A stretch of DNA of 64,000 nt. Source: Eledone cirrhosa. Its lineage: Eukaryota. Where the stretch lies: NCBI GenBank assembly GCA_964016885.1, contig OZ024742.1, positions 206,956,001 through 207,020,000 of the forward strand, in the 5' to 3' direction. This document shows, piece by piece, positions 49,857 to 62,787 of this stretch; the stretch's first letter is position 1, and each line of letters begins with the position of its first letter. The translations under genes and the position numbers were made by a program. The notes under the pieces were generated by a model. The model had not been told where the DNA came from. It searched no databases and was given only the letters and a program-made list of their open reading frames with translations.

Positions 49857-50579
49857 TATAATGGAAATAGAGTGACCGAAAGATATTTTGGTCCTTCACC
49901 AAGAAAAAACGAAAAGAAAACACTTTTTTTTAATGTCTCAATAGCAAACATGAATAAAACTCTTTTAAACTTTGATGCCCCAATCAATAAAATCACAAAT
50001 ATAAAATGTAGCAAAGCTATCACCATTATGACTATTGGGGCGAAAAAGCGAATTACATAGTGGTTTTAGATGAATTAAAATTGCTGTAATGTTACTTTTC
50101 AAAGGGAAAACAATGCCTAAAGAAAATTTACTAATTGGTGTCTATATTCATGAACATGACAAGAGATGGTTGAAGAAGGAATATTTCTGGAAAGTATATT
50201 TAAAAAAATGCATTCTCTAGTCGTCTCTCTATTTTTTAGATCTCACTAAACGAAAAAAAAAAGACATAATTTAGCAAACCCACTGTAGCCCTTCACTGTT
50301 TCTACTATTAAGCCCTTTAAAATTTTCTTCAGAGAGGAGGCAGTTGGAGGATTTTGCTGCGACCTCCATACAGACACTCCTTCTCTCTCTCTCTTGATCT
50401 ACAAGTCAAGAAAAAGGGAGTATAATGACATATGGTGTTTCTTGAACACTTTTAAAACCTGGTGGAGCCCATCGCCTGTGCATATCTAAACACAACTGAT
50501 TTCTCCCAGAAAAGCAGGAGAAGCAGTGAGAGATATCGAGAGAGAGGGAGAGAGAGAGAAGTAAGAAAGAGATATTGAG

Positions 50580-50685
50580 GAAGAATCGACGCCACTACTA
50601 AACTGTGGTACTCTTTTTATTGACCATGAAAAGATGCAAAGCAAAGTTGACCTCGATGGGATTTGAAACGAGTGCGCAGAGAGCA
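50580..50685 (-). mobile_element. tRNA-SINE remnant
   Basis: ggtactcttttattgacc...aaagttgacctcgatgggatttgaa. Confidence 0.6.
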
Positions 50686-51479
50686 GATAAGTATTCTAGC
50701 CAACATTTTAACAATTCAGAATAAACTACAGACTTAAGATCTTCCTTGGTTGCAGGTCCTCTCTGTGCTACCGAGTATGTGTATTAATACAAATAACGTC
50801 ACTGAAGATGGGCCTTAAAATTGTGATAAAGGAGGATCAATTTCTCATCTTCAGTAACAAATCTGTTCAAAATGAGCCTTTGAATTCGTCATCGTGTATG
50901 CAATGCCTCGCAATAATTAACATGTTCTTTGTAGATAATTGCAAAGTGTTTGACGATTCACTACAGATAGGCTGCCTTGAATCCATTTTCTAACCTTTAG
51001 GACATTTTCCGTCATGTGCAACTCGTGTAGAACACTCTATGGCTAACACCTAAATGTTCGTTGAGATTCCTAGCTATAATTGTCAGTATTTGCAGCAATA
51101 CCTCGTCCAATGTCTCAGAATTGAATCCATTTGGATGATCTTTTCTTGCGTCCCCATTTCTGGAACGTTAAAATCACCTCCCATGTGTTCATCCAGATAC
51201 TGCAACAACACAATTAATGACCTGGATGATTTTTATGTCATGCATGCGTTGATGCCCCAATAAACTCGTAGAATATGATCAAACCTAGCGTCAAGTTGAA
51301 ATCATTTCCATGAAGAATGCTCTTACTATTTGAAAGGCAAAGAGATATATTACTTATGGTGATATGACTAAACAACAAATAGAAATAGAAGGTTAATAAA
51401 TCTTGGTCAACATTCTCACCTTGAAAATTGAACAGAAGTTTCGTTCCAGTAATACACATTACATGCCCCCCCCCCTCAT

Positions 51480-52260
51480 TCCTTCACCTGCACGTCCACC
51501 CACGTTGTCTATTCCCTCCGGTGTTCCCTTTACAGCTTTTATATATCGGACAAACGGAACGCCGTATGGCGGAGCGTTTTGTCAAACATTTGAGGGACAT
51601 ACGACTCGGTTTGGATACTCCTGTCGCCCGTCATTTCTGTTCTCCTGCTCATTCTTCCCTACATGTTTCAGTCCTGGGTGTCCTATTACATCATGGATCA
51701 CAGGCCTCACGCACCAGGACTGAAGAAAGTCTGATTCTCCACCTTGGGTCCTATTCCCCTCTTGGACTCAACTCACCTCCCCCAATTTCTTTAATACCCC
51801 CGTCCATTACCATACCCCTAGATTCCTATCGCTTTCTCTTGATCATTAGCAGCTTCTCTTACAACTAATATATGCCGACTATATATGCTCACTCCACTTT
51901 TCCCTTCACTGCTCTGTATACACACATACACACCCTTATATTAACATACTTTTCGGCTTGCCTAAAAAGTTATTGGCAGGAAAGTTATGACGCGTGATAT
52001 CTTCTTCCCTCCAGTTTCCTATTTTTATTAACCACCGCTTTTTCGTTTTTTTTTTTTTTTACTACTATGAATATATGTGAAAGATGTATAATTTATATAT
52101 ACAAAAACGGTTACATTTGAATCTGTTGGATTTCGTAGTAATTTCTAAACCCGTCCTTTTCTATTTATTTGTCCCAGTTTACAATTTTTATTTAATACCA
52201 GGTTTATGACAAGATTTATGATTTATGACCAGATTTATGACCAGAAACGTAATAACGGAA
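51480..52260 (+). mobile_element. Penelope-like GIY-YIG 3' fragment
   Basis: LLYIGQTERRMAERFVKHLRDI...PVARHF...E.SLILHLGSYSPLGLN. Confidence 0.85.
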
Positions 52261-52989
52261 GCCGAAATGGAAATATATTGTACTCCGTACAAGGAAGAAA
52301 ATAAAGCTACTTATGAGCATTTAAATAAAATAATTAAGATGAAACAGACAGTGTTCTAATAGCGCATCAATTTGTATATGAAATTTCGGTCTTTACTCTT
52401 CATCGTTTTAACTATTGTCGTACATTAAAGAATTTACACACCCATGAAGAAAATGGTAGATATTAAGGCTGCATCTTAAGTGATGATCATGGAATATGTG
52501 GTTATTTATCATTGCTTTTTTTTTCTAGTTTACTGAATTGAAAATCATAACAGTCTATGAAAGAAAGAAGAATGCAACAGCGTTAAATGATGATTTCCAC
52601 TGTGTATGTGTATGTAAAGACTAATATGTGCTAGAGAGAAATGATAGGAATAAAGACTGGCCAAGAAAGTGACAAAGTTGCACGCCTATGTAGACATATT
52701 TTCTAGGGATCTTCGACTCTATCACTTTCCATTTGTATTATTTTTATTGATTATTTTAAAATTTAATCTTGTCATTTAACCACGTTGATTGTACTGTATT
52801 GTATGCCTGCATGTAAAAACACGTTTTGCATCAAACACTTACACACAATTCTTTTTTACACATAAAAATGTTGTTTCTTCTTTACATATCCATAATGTAT
52901 GTACTTGAATCGTGTGAGGATTTTGCGAGATCACTTTTCACCTGGTTGAGGTATGGAAACAGTTATTGACACATGAAACTCACCCACAC

Positions 52990-53150
52990 ACTGTGACTCA
53001 CCCCCACTCCCACCCCTCCGGGCTCACTCAGGCATGCAACTCGAAATTGCACACACTCATGTCGTAGCGTAAACCTCAATCCAGTTCACGACTTCCTCGA
53101 CTCACTGGGAAAGCATTATAAAAGTATATATCGTGCGATTCAGCGCACTG
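52990..53150 (+). promoter_or_regulatory. Candidate Pol II core promoter
   Basis: TATAAAAG at 53117-53124, Inr-like TCAG/GCACT 25-30 nt downstream, TGACTCA (AP-1) at 52994-53000, CpG-retaining unique sequence. Confidence 0.35.
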
Positions 53151-55224
53151 TATTCGACGATCACAACTTCACACGTCAAGCCATACACAACAGTTTATAA
53201 TACACGAGTTTATCACAACACCGTATATTTACAGCTTCTTTTAAATGTTTCACACACACATTTACACGAATTTTCTTTCAAACATTTCATTGCACACTGA
53301 GTACGGGAGAAGAGCCCTCGATTTATGTATTTTGGGACACGCTCCTGTGATCAAATTTCGCTACCTCTTTTGTAATCGATCGCTGCTTCTGCATCGATCT
53401 GGGTGGGGAACTAGTGTAGCGAAATATGTCCACACCTTGACCCCTGGGTGACATTTAACGGTCATTTTCTGGGTTAATCTCCTTTCGGGTGTCATCAGGT
53501 CTGAGAGTGGATGATCTTTAAATGTCATCCCTTTGTTCTAAAGTCTCTTGGTCTCTCTCTCGACCCAGCCAGTGAAGTTCATGAAGATTTTTTGGTAAAT
53601 ACGACTTTAACTCTGCTTTTATAAGCAAACAAATAACGTCCATAATTCTTGTGTATTTTTCGTATAGCTTCGGCGTGAGCTATTTTCAATAAATTAATAA
53701 TATAGCGATTTGGTGTCATCGTGGTTCATTTATATAAATTCATTTTCTGCGTGATCAAGGAACTATCATATCATCATCATCTTAATGAATACTTACTCAC
53801 TTACCTGCACACATGCAACCTCTGGTCACACTGTAGCACACCACAGTGACCACACGACACAGCAAGCTACGAGCACACACGCAACAAACAATCAATCCCA
53901 CAACACAATCAACTACCAACTCGACCCACAAATTATCGCTATAGACTTGTCACTCACATAGCTAATAGCTAGTTTACAATTATCCATAGATAGCTCCTGG
54001 CTAACTATGGATACAAGCAAATATAATATTATTAAAAATGTCCACGTTTCAGCTGGGTGGAGATTCGTGAATAGAAATGGGTTAGCTTTACGTCAGCAAA
54101 CTAGTAATGATGATTGATCCATCAACTATTGTGTATATATTATGAATGAATTTTTAATAAAGTCTATTAAAATAAATTCATAAATGTTTATATAATTCTA
54201 ACACTTTCATAAATGTATATATGTACACCTTCCATGTTTGCAAAACAAATATAGACAGTTTCCTATTGGTTGATTGTAAGATGCCGCATATATTGCCCGT
54301 TGACCAGGGGTGATGACGTAAAAGCACCGGTTGGTTTGTTTGTTCCATAGAAGTTCATTGCTACATCTATGATCTCAGGACGTAGCTAGGTTGTATCAAT
54401 AATAATTCGGATTATTTCACTTTAAAATGTTCATTATTTAAATTCAATTGTAAGTTAAACGTGAAACGATATTCACTAAATGAAATATTCACAAAATGCG
54501 AAGGAGGCGAGAATTATTTACTTGCATGACTCATGTACAAAATCAAATTTATAGTTGACACACTGAGAAAGCATAGAGTCTTGATCGGGCGATTACTAAT
54601 TTGTTGGCTGGTGTAGCCTTCAGGCAATGCTAGCCAATGAATTGCACACGTGGCTGTGTGCGCGCGCGTATGTGTGTGTGTGTGTGTTTGTATAAATGTA
54701 CTGAGCTCTTGAAGTAGGTTGAACCAGTATAAGAGAAAAACCAAAGAAGACGATGTGAAAAATGACTCCCGGAAACTGAACCGCACAAAGATACAGAATT
54801 GTGTTACTGTATAGAGAAGTCCCATATAGAAGCACTAATGCTAACAATTTAATTGTAATGAGAGAACAGAGACTGTGTGGAACAGAGGGGTTCATCATAA
54901 CCTTGTAGTGGACTCAATAACTTTTCTAGTGTTTGTGTCCTAACAAAATGCATCTGTCACACTTTGTAAGTTAGTAGTGTTGGTGTCAAGATAAATTGCA
55001 CTCACTATACCATGTAAAGTGCTAGTGATGGTGTCACGAAAATTCCTCCAATTTTTCCATGATGTTGTTGGACTTAATGTCTTTCGAAGCATTTTTTTCT
55101 ATGCCAAGCCATACTTTATTTCTAAGTGTGTTATATACATTAACTTCCATAAAAGCGTAAACTGAGACATATTGCATTATGTTGGGCATAAACGTCGCCA
55201 CTATATATATATATATATATATAT

Positions 55225-55470
55225 ATATCACCATCATCATCATTTGACGTCTGGCTTCCCAGCTAGCAAAAGTTGAACACAGACAGAGTTAGTACTGAAA
55301 CAGGACTATAGACATTTCAGAGAGGCCGGGGTCTGCATCGCGCTTACATATGGTGTCATGTTCTACTGAGAGGTTGTCATGTCCTTGTGACTGAATGCCC
55401 TTCCTTTCACCAACCTAGTACTGAGTACGTTAAACATGTGAATCACTAACACTAGAGAGGTTGTCGTGCC
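55225..55470 (-). mobile_element. RTE/SINE 3' tail remnant
   Basis: (CAT)n-ttgacgtc...; gaatgcccttcctttcaccaacc. Confidence 0.55.
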
Positions 55471-56058
55471 GTTGACACAACTGTCTTTCTATTTCTTTTT
55501 TTTCTCATTCTACTAGAACAAATTTAGTTTTAAGCTACAAGTCTCACTTTGAAAAAGAACAAATGATTTTTCTTCCCATCCTGTAGACAAAAACATATTT
55601 CACAGTTAGTGAACGTTTAAAACCTCTAGTTAAAACTGTAGTTATACATATATTAAATAGTAAAATATATTTATACTTGTTCCATTTCACAGTGAAGTTT
55701 ATAATGTAAAACTGTAATTATACCTACATTAAATTGCCTAGATTTTCTAATATATACTGTGTTATGCATAAATAATTATTATCAATTGAAGCATTATGCA
55801 AATTAGACTGGCCATTTCAATTATGTTCTGGCTTGTGTTTATCATAAATAGTGATTTTCTAAAAATTCACTTTGTATGCAGAAAGGTGTGTGTATAGTCA
55901 GTTCATTGAGGAATTTAGGATGAAGATAAATGTCCACTAGAGTTCACTTCTAAGTCCCATCCTATATATTATTGTTGTCCAAGGAGTTTAAGTGTAGCTG
56001 TTCATAAGAACTCTTATATGGTGATAACATTATTCTCACAGCAGGTGGTATTCTCACA

Positions 56059-56250
56059 AGGGCGGTGGACTGGCAGTATCGGTAGAGGGTCGGACGACAT
56101 GCTTTCCAGCAAAAAGTTACGGCCCTTGCCATTCTGAGTTCAAATCCCGCCGAGGTTAACTTTGCCTTTCACCATTACGGGGTCGATAAAATAAAGTACC
56201 AGTAATACACTGGTAATACTGGCCTTGTGCCAAAAGTAGAAACAATTATT
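56059..56250 (+). mobile_element. Full-length tRNA-derived SINE (Meta-like core)
   Basis: A-box TGGCAGTATCGG, B-box GAGTTCAAATCC, gcctttcacc...ggggtcgataaaataaagtaccag; flanking repeat attattctcacagc at 56029-56042 and 56245-56258. Confidence 0.9.
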
Positions 56251-56379
56251 CTCACAGCTAAATCTGTATAATATTAATTCTAAGTAATGAAGTAATGGCT
56301 AGAAATAATGATTGGACTTGAAATAAACTTACTAAAAACATAAGTTTTAGTTGGAAAGAAAACAGAAATAATGGCAATG

Positions 56380-56810
56380 CTTGATATAAAAACAAGTGGT
56401 TAGTAGGAATTCCACAGTGTAAGTAATGTGGATGTAGGGAAATTCCATGCAAGCTAAGAGAGAAGAACATTTTTTTGTCTGTAACAGATGCACATTAGTA
56501 GTAAGCAGTAAGAGCCCCTATGAAATATATTCCTTCAAATCCTCAAAAGAATATCAAGAAATAGTTGATAGCTTCTGTTCCTTAGGTAACCTAAAAAACA
56601 GTGGAGGTGGTTGTTCCAAATGCATAGTAGCCAAAGTAAGCTTAGAAGTGTGTAGTTAGAAATCTGTTACCTATGCTGCAAATAAATAGTTTCCCTGAGT
56701 AAAAGGCAGATTATATGATGCTTGCATATGAAATGACTGGTGAGATGGTGTGTTGAAGAAGATTTGTTGAATATATACAGGCAGAAAAAATGTAAAATGA
56801 TGATGATGAG
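56380..56810 (+). mobile_element. Highly degenerate RTE C-terminal fragment
   Basis: EIVDSFCSLG...SGGGCSKCIVAKV; KGRLYDAC. Confidence 0.65.
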
Positions 56811-56811
56811 G

Positions 56812-56846
<35 letters not shown>

Positions 56847-56994
56847 AAGGAGTGTAACGTGGAGTTACTGTAGGTTCATCTGGGTGAGCACTCGATATTT
56901 AGGTTCACTTCTGTGTCGAGGTGTAGAGCGAGACAGAGTGTAGCATAATAAAATAGAACAAGGACATGTAGTTACTCCTCCATTACGTTTATTG

Positions 56995-57085
56995 GGTGGC
57001 GACGTGCGTTTCGCCACCGATCAGCACAAGGTTCGATCTGTATCGATCTAGCCAAACTTTGTAATCCACGGGCTCGTCAGACTCC
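56995..57085 (-). ncRNA. Hammerhead ribozyme-like motif (type I, long stem II)
   Basis: Minus strand CTGACGA-GCC-(about 55 nt)-GGC-GAAAC-GCAC-GTC; stem I weak. Confidence 0.5.
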
Positions 57086-57474
57086 TCTTAGTGGTAAGGA
57101 AAAAATGATTATACATGGAGTACGAGAAAGTCTGATGTTTCTATGCTGGTCAGTGAGATTTGTTTTGATTGGTGGGTTAGTCCAGAGGGTTGTTTTACCA
57201 TGTAGTGTTGGTGTGGGGGGGGGGGGGGGTTAGTTGGTGGTGAAATGCTTTGAAAGCGCAAAACATATTTGAGGACCTTGCGAATGCAGAGTCACGTTCG
57301 ATATATAATATATCCTGCCTTGAGCTGATCGTCGGAGAAACATATGTAATATGTTAAGAAATTGTGTTTTGATGCATCACTGATTCCTCGTTATCTATAA
57401 TAATATAATCTGCTCTGCGTGAGCATCGAGTGCTCAAACGGCATACCGCCTACGGACGCATTTATTGAAACCAT

Positions 57475-57693
<219 letters not shown>

Positions 57694-57694
57694 G

Positions 57695-57985
57695 TCAACT
57701 TATGTCAGGTCACCACTTGGTGCTACTGGTAACATGTATTCCAGTACAACCTGTCCCATGGTCGGGTCGTTGGCGACTAAACTGGCAATCCCACCAAGGT
57801 TTCTTGGTGAGGAGGGTGACTTTGGACATCCTGTAGGACTAAAAACAAAACCTGTCAAATGGCAAATGAGCTCTTAAGAGTCAATGGCCATCCAAAATCA
57901 CCGGGAGAGATGACCCCTTAGCCTTTGTCAAGGCAGAATTCTAGGAGAAGGAAAACTCTGATATAACACCTGCAACCCTGATGGT
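57695..57985 (+). mobile_element. RTE-type 5' UTR fragment with degenerate HDV-like ribozyme features
   Basis: ctaggagaaggaaaactctga motif typical of RTE leaders; CCAGT/ACTGG pairing around GG-hairpin-CTAA. Confidence 0.5.
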
Positions 57986-58311
57986 ATCCAATGATGTTGA
58001 CTTGTTCTTCTTTTTGGTAAATATCATCTTGGTTAAGAGAGTGGGACTGGCTTTGTGCAATACCTTTGCTCACTATAAAAGCCTCACGACACAGGCATTG
58101 CTTTATATCTGGAGATCTCTCTGCACTTGTCATCACATGGTACCATGGGCCCAGCACTATGTGTCAGTAATTGTCACAAGTGTAGTGTTTGTACCAGAGT
58201 TTTCAAGTTGCTGGCTGGACTAAAAAGTCACACTCGTTCAGCGCATCAGCAGGGGTTCTCCTACATGGATATAAAGTAGTGGCCGTACTCGAAAACGAGT
58301 TGGCAGCCACC

Positions 58312-58352
<41 letters not shown>

Positions 58353-58773
58353 TATACATATATATATACTTGGGGAGGGTCATATTTGTGTAATATTGCC
58401 AGAATTAATAACAGAACACACTCACTGTTTGGTTGGTTTTCGCTTCTCGCTGTCTTTTATATCTGCGATCTAACTTAATCGGTCCTCAATGTTGCCATTG
58501 ACTGACCGACGGTCAAAAATAATACAGATACAATATAGACACAAACACATATATATAGTTTACATAATTTACATAAATCTTTCGTTGCACATCTGCAACA
58601 TCGTCAGTGGTGTTATATTTTTTCCTCCTGTTGTGTTGTATGTCTACGCCATTTTTTATTTAGTCTGTCTATATATTTATTTATTTATTTGCTTGTTTGT
58701 TTATTTTATTTTGTCTTCTTTGCGCAGGCGTTTGCGTGTGTGTATAGTGTTATGTTTGCTATGTGACTAGTGT

Positions 58774-59551
58774 ACGAGTGATGAAGAATGTGTCCAGCAT
58801 GTGCGACCCAACAGAAATGGAAAGACACATCCAACACTTCATCAACCGCATGCAGTTCTCTGGCTACAACCAAAGAGACAGAGTCAGAGTATACGAAGGA
58901 GCCATGGAAAAGTATAAGACCCTCATAGAACTGGACATGAAAGGAATTTGCCCATTATACAGGAGCAAATCATGGAATAGCTTAGATAGGGCTAGACATA
59001 AGATAGGGAAGGCCACATCATGGTACGACAACCAGAGATATCAGAGTGTCATGTTTGTTGACGCCACCCCTGGAGGGAAATTAGCTAACCAGTGTAGAAA
59101 GGCCCTGAGAAAGACCCACTTAAAAATAAAGGTGGTAGAAAAGCCAGGAACCACCATAAAATCCCTGATCAGCAAAATCTACCCCTTTAAGAAAACCTAC
59201 TGTACCAATAGGAAATGTATCATATGTAAGGTGAACCCCCGGATAAACTGTAAAACTAGAAACGTAGTCTATAGCATAAGATGTGCAGAGGTTACTTGCA
59301 GAAACATGACAACAACATACATAGGCGAAACAGCTTGTAGCATAGGTGAAAGGATAGACCAACACTGGGGGGAACTAAAAGGACGAAAAAACGGGTCAGT
59401 ACTATACGAACATGCTAGACAACAACATGACGGTAACATAGACAACATAGAAATTAGAATAATATCGAAACATAGGAATGACCCAGCAGATAGGCAAATC
59501 AGAGAGGCCAGTGAAATAGAAATTAGAAGACCAAAGCTAAACAAAGAATGA
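58774..59551 (+). CDS. Penelope ORF C-terminus (linker + GIY-YIG endonuclease), uninterrupted but lacking RT
   Basis: MQFSGY...C-x4-C-x2-C...CKTRNVVYSIRC...YIGETACSIGERIDQH...RQIREASEI...LNKE*. Confidence 0.85.
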
Positions 59552-59871
59552 GTGGAACAACAACAACACCCAAACAAACAACACTGACCTAAGAGAAGTA
59601 TAAATAAGTAAATAAAATAAAATAAAATAAGATAAATAAATACATACACAAGCACAATAACAACAAGCACATAAACACACACTAGTCACTCAGCAGACAC
59701 AACACTATACACACTAGTCACACAGCAAACATAACACTATACACACACGCAAACGCATGCGCAAAGAAGACAAAATAAAATAAACAAACAAGCAAATAAA
59801 TAAATAAATATATAGACAGACTGAATAAAAAATGGCGTAGACATACAACACAACAGGAGGAAAAAATATAA

Positions 59872-59912
59872 CACCACTGACGATGTTGCAGATGTGCAAC
59901 GAAAGATTTATG
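59872..59912 (+). ncRNA. Minimal hammerhead-like core in pLTR (mirror copy about 58572-58612, minus strand)
   Basis: CTGACGA-T-GTTGCA-gatg-TGCAAC-GAAA-GATTTA. Confidence 0.55.
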
Positions 59913-60173
59913 TAAATTATGTAAACTATATATATGTGTTTGTGTCTATATTGTATCTGTATTATTTTTGACCGTCGGTCAGTCAATGGCAACATTGAGG
60001 ACCGATTAAGTTAGATCGCAGATATAAAAGACAGCGAGAAGCGAAAACCAACCAAACAGTGAGTGTGTTCTGTTATTAATTCTGGCAATATTACACAAAT
60101 ATGACCCTCCCCAAGTATAACAATATTAGTTTCGACACACGATTTCATATAAAAAACCTCGCTAAACTAATTC

Positions 60174-60345
<172 letters not shown>

Positions 60346-60437
60346 TTGAAGAAAGCTGATTGATTGAAAATCTGCCAAAATTTTCTTAACATATGTGAAG
60401 CACTCCATGGTTTTTGTTTATCCAGAGATTTATTAGA

Positions 60438-61148
60438 ATAATAAACAAGAAAGACGGTTTAATTCGTACATCCCTATTTATTTTGTTATACGTATTTCAA
60501 ATACGTAGGGCAGTTGTATAACAATTGCCCTACTCTCAAAACTCTCCCAATGCTTTTCCATATATAAATGCATGTATATCTAGGGGGTGTGACCTCTGTA
60601 CTACAAAGAGTTTACACATCATAAATAGTAGGTATAAAATTATTACTAAATGCGCAAAATTAATAAGTCATTATATAGAGTACATACTTAAAACTTCAGT
60701 AAATAATGTTAAATATACCATCAAATAGTTAATTAAACATTCATTAACATCAGCATCAAAGGTCAAATATCTAGAATCTATGTGAATAAAATCTAGCATA
60801 AAAAAAAAAAAAATAGACTAACAGTTCATACATGCCTCACTAGGAATCAAGTGACCAATCTGGTAACTTGATACCCTAGCTATTTTACAAGCTGCAACGC
60901 CAATTGGAATATCTATCCCCCACACATATAAGAACTACTACTTGAGAATTTCGGACATATGCTTACTGGTCGGCAAAGCGAATAACACGTATGACCAGTA
61001 ACATATCAATGGAAATTTACGCCTCGTTTGGATTTTTGTCTAAAGAGAATATATAGGACAGCTGTTATACAACTGCCTTACATGTTTGGAATACATATAA
61101 CAAAATAAATAAGGATGTACGAACGAAACCGTCTTTCTTGTTTATTAT
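60438..61148. mobile_element. MITE / non-autonomous DNA transposon with about 95-bp imperfect TIRs
   Basis: ataataaacaagaaagacggttt...ggcagttgtataaca versus tgttatacaactgcc...aaaccgtctttcttgtttattat; no coding capacity. Confidence 0.75.
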
Positions 61149-62738
61149 ATATATATATATATATATATATGAATAAAGTTAGTCCTTCATCAGTGATCTT
61201 CCAACCATCATTGGTATTTCATCGCTTTAAAGACCATATACCTCCGGTTGGTGCGAGCAACGGCTAAAAAAAGTCGTTGGGACACGTAAATAAAGGGGAC
61301 ACGAGAGTGTAAACAAACAAAGATGGTGAAGCAACGTAAAGTGAGGAAGAAAGAATCAAGTCCCAAATTTCCATGAATATAAGTTCGGTGAAATCGTGAA
61401 CGAGATAGAATAAAGACCATCAAACCTGGTTGGAATGTAGCAAGGAAGCAATTCCGTACAGGTCTAACGGGAGGAAGAAGGAATCTAGTCTGTGAATTTG
61501 GTGAACGTAAGTTCTGTGAAATCATAGACGAGAGAGAGAAAAAAAAACGAACCTGCATATATATATATAAATATAATGCTGAAAGGCATAATCTGCTCTA
61601 CCTGTTCTGTTATGTCCCAATGTGTACTGGAATGAATGGCATCAAATTTAATGCACCAAAACCGTAGTGATTTCCAGAGGTTGACTGAGGAGATGGGACT
61701 GTCTGTCATTCCATTTTTTCCATTGTCTTTGTCCTCTGCGCTCATAATTTTGAATATGTATATATATAAACATATGTATGCACGTGGCAGCTGCCTACCA
61801 AGGAATACATAGGAAGAAGACTGAGGACTGATTGACTTGAGAATGTTTCATTTCACATAAGAGATGATGCCAAATATAAAAGAATGGTGAATACGCACTA
61901 CTACTCTTCATATCCATCCAATTTATATAAACAGAAAAACAAACATTAAAATGATGATGATGATAAAGAGAAGGATGGAAGCATGACCTATACACACATA
62001 TATATACTCATACACATGATGTACTTGTTCATAGATAAATACATACATATACATACACATAGATATGTGCACATGTACATACCTGCATACACATATATAC
62101 ATGCACACATAGAGGCATATAAATATGAAAACTATGTAAGGTGTGGTTATCTACTTTCTGTATTATTATTCCCCAAATATAAACAGCTAATTGTGTTTAT
62201 TGCCGTTGGTCAAAACTGAGAATGAAATGGTGAGAAAAAATCAAATTACAAATAGTATTGTATTAGATTAGCATCATTATCAAGATATTTGAATTGCAAT
62301 AGAAATTTCCAATCCAAATATCCTCCTTAATTTTCTAATTTAAATTTCAGTAGGCAGGAAAGGCTGTGGCTCATGAAACTCTCTTGCCATTGGTCAATAG
62401 TATTTCCATTTTAGAATTACCTCGGTTGATTGATTTAAAGTTAATGTTGACTTGTATTAATCTTTAAGACAATAAATAAATAAATGAATAAAATAGTAAT
62501 AATAAAAAAACAATTGAAAGAGAAACCCCCCAAAAAGAGAAAAGAAAAGTAAGAGTTAGTGATAGAACCTCATATTTTGGCATCTGTTTATAAAAGGGGT
62601 TATGAAATCAAAATGTCCACTGAAATATGTCGTAATTACTGTTCTGTAAAACAGCTTCTAAAAATAATACAAAAAGAGAAATTGAATTGAAATATTTTTT
62701 ATTTAATAAAAAAAATGGAAATCATAATACACACACAG

Positions 62739-62787
<49 letters not shown>

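Larger units (their letters stand above)
58365..60172 (+). mobile_element. Young 5'-truncated Penelope-like element with inverted pLTR arms (58365-58773 / 59711-60119)
   Basis: 409-bp arms with only three differences noticed; both outer flanks are (TA)n. Confidence 0.92.

Noticed and set aside
50800-51270. Possible APE remnant (MGGDFN on the minus strand)
   Set aside because: Single short motif; surrounding frames too disrupted to call.
56059-56150. tRNA gene (also 8215-8290)
   Set aside because: A/B boxes are present but there is no complete cloverleaf; followed by SINE core and tail.
57990-58310. Possible DNA-transposase remnant
   Set aside because: No diagnostic motif recoverable by eye.
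58489-59995. Twin 93-aa hydrophobic ORFs on opposite strands
   Set aside because: By-product of the inverted pLTR arms; T-rich antisense reading with no domain.
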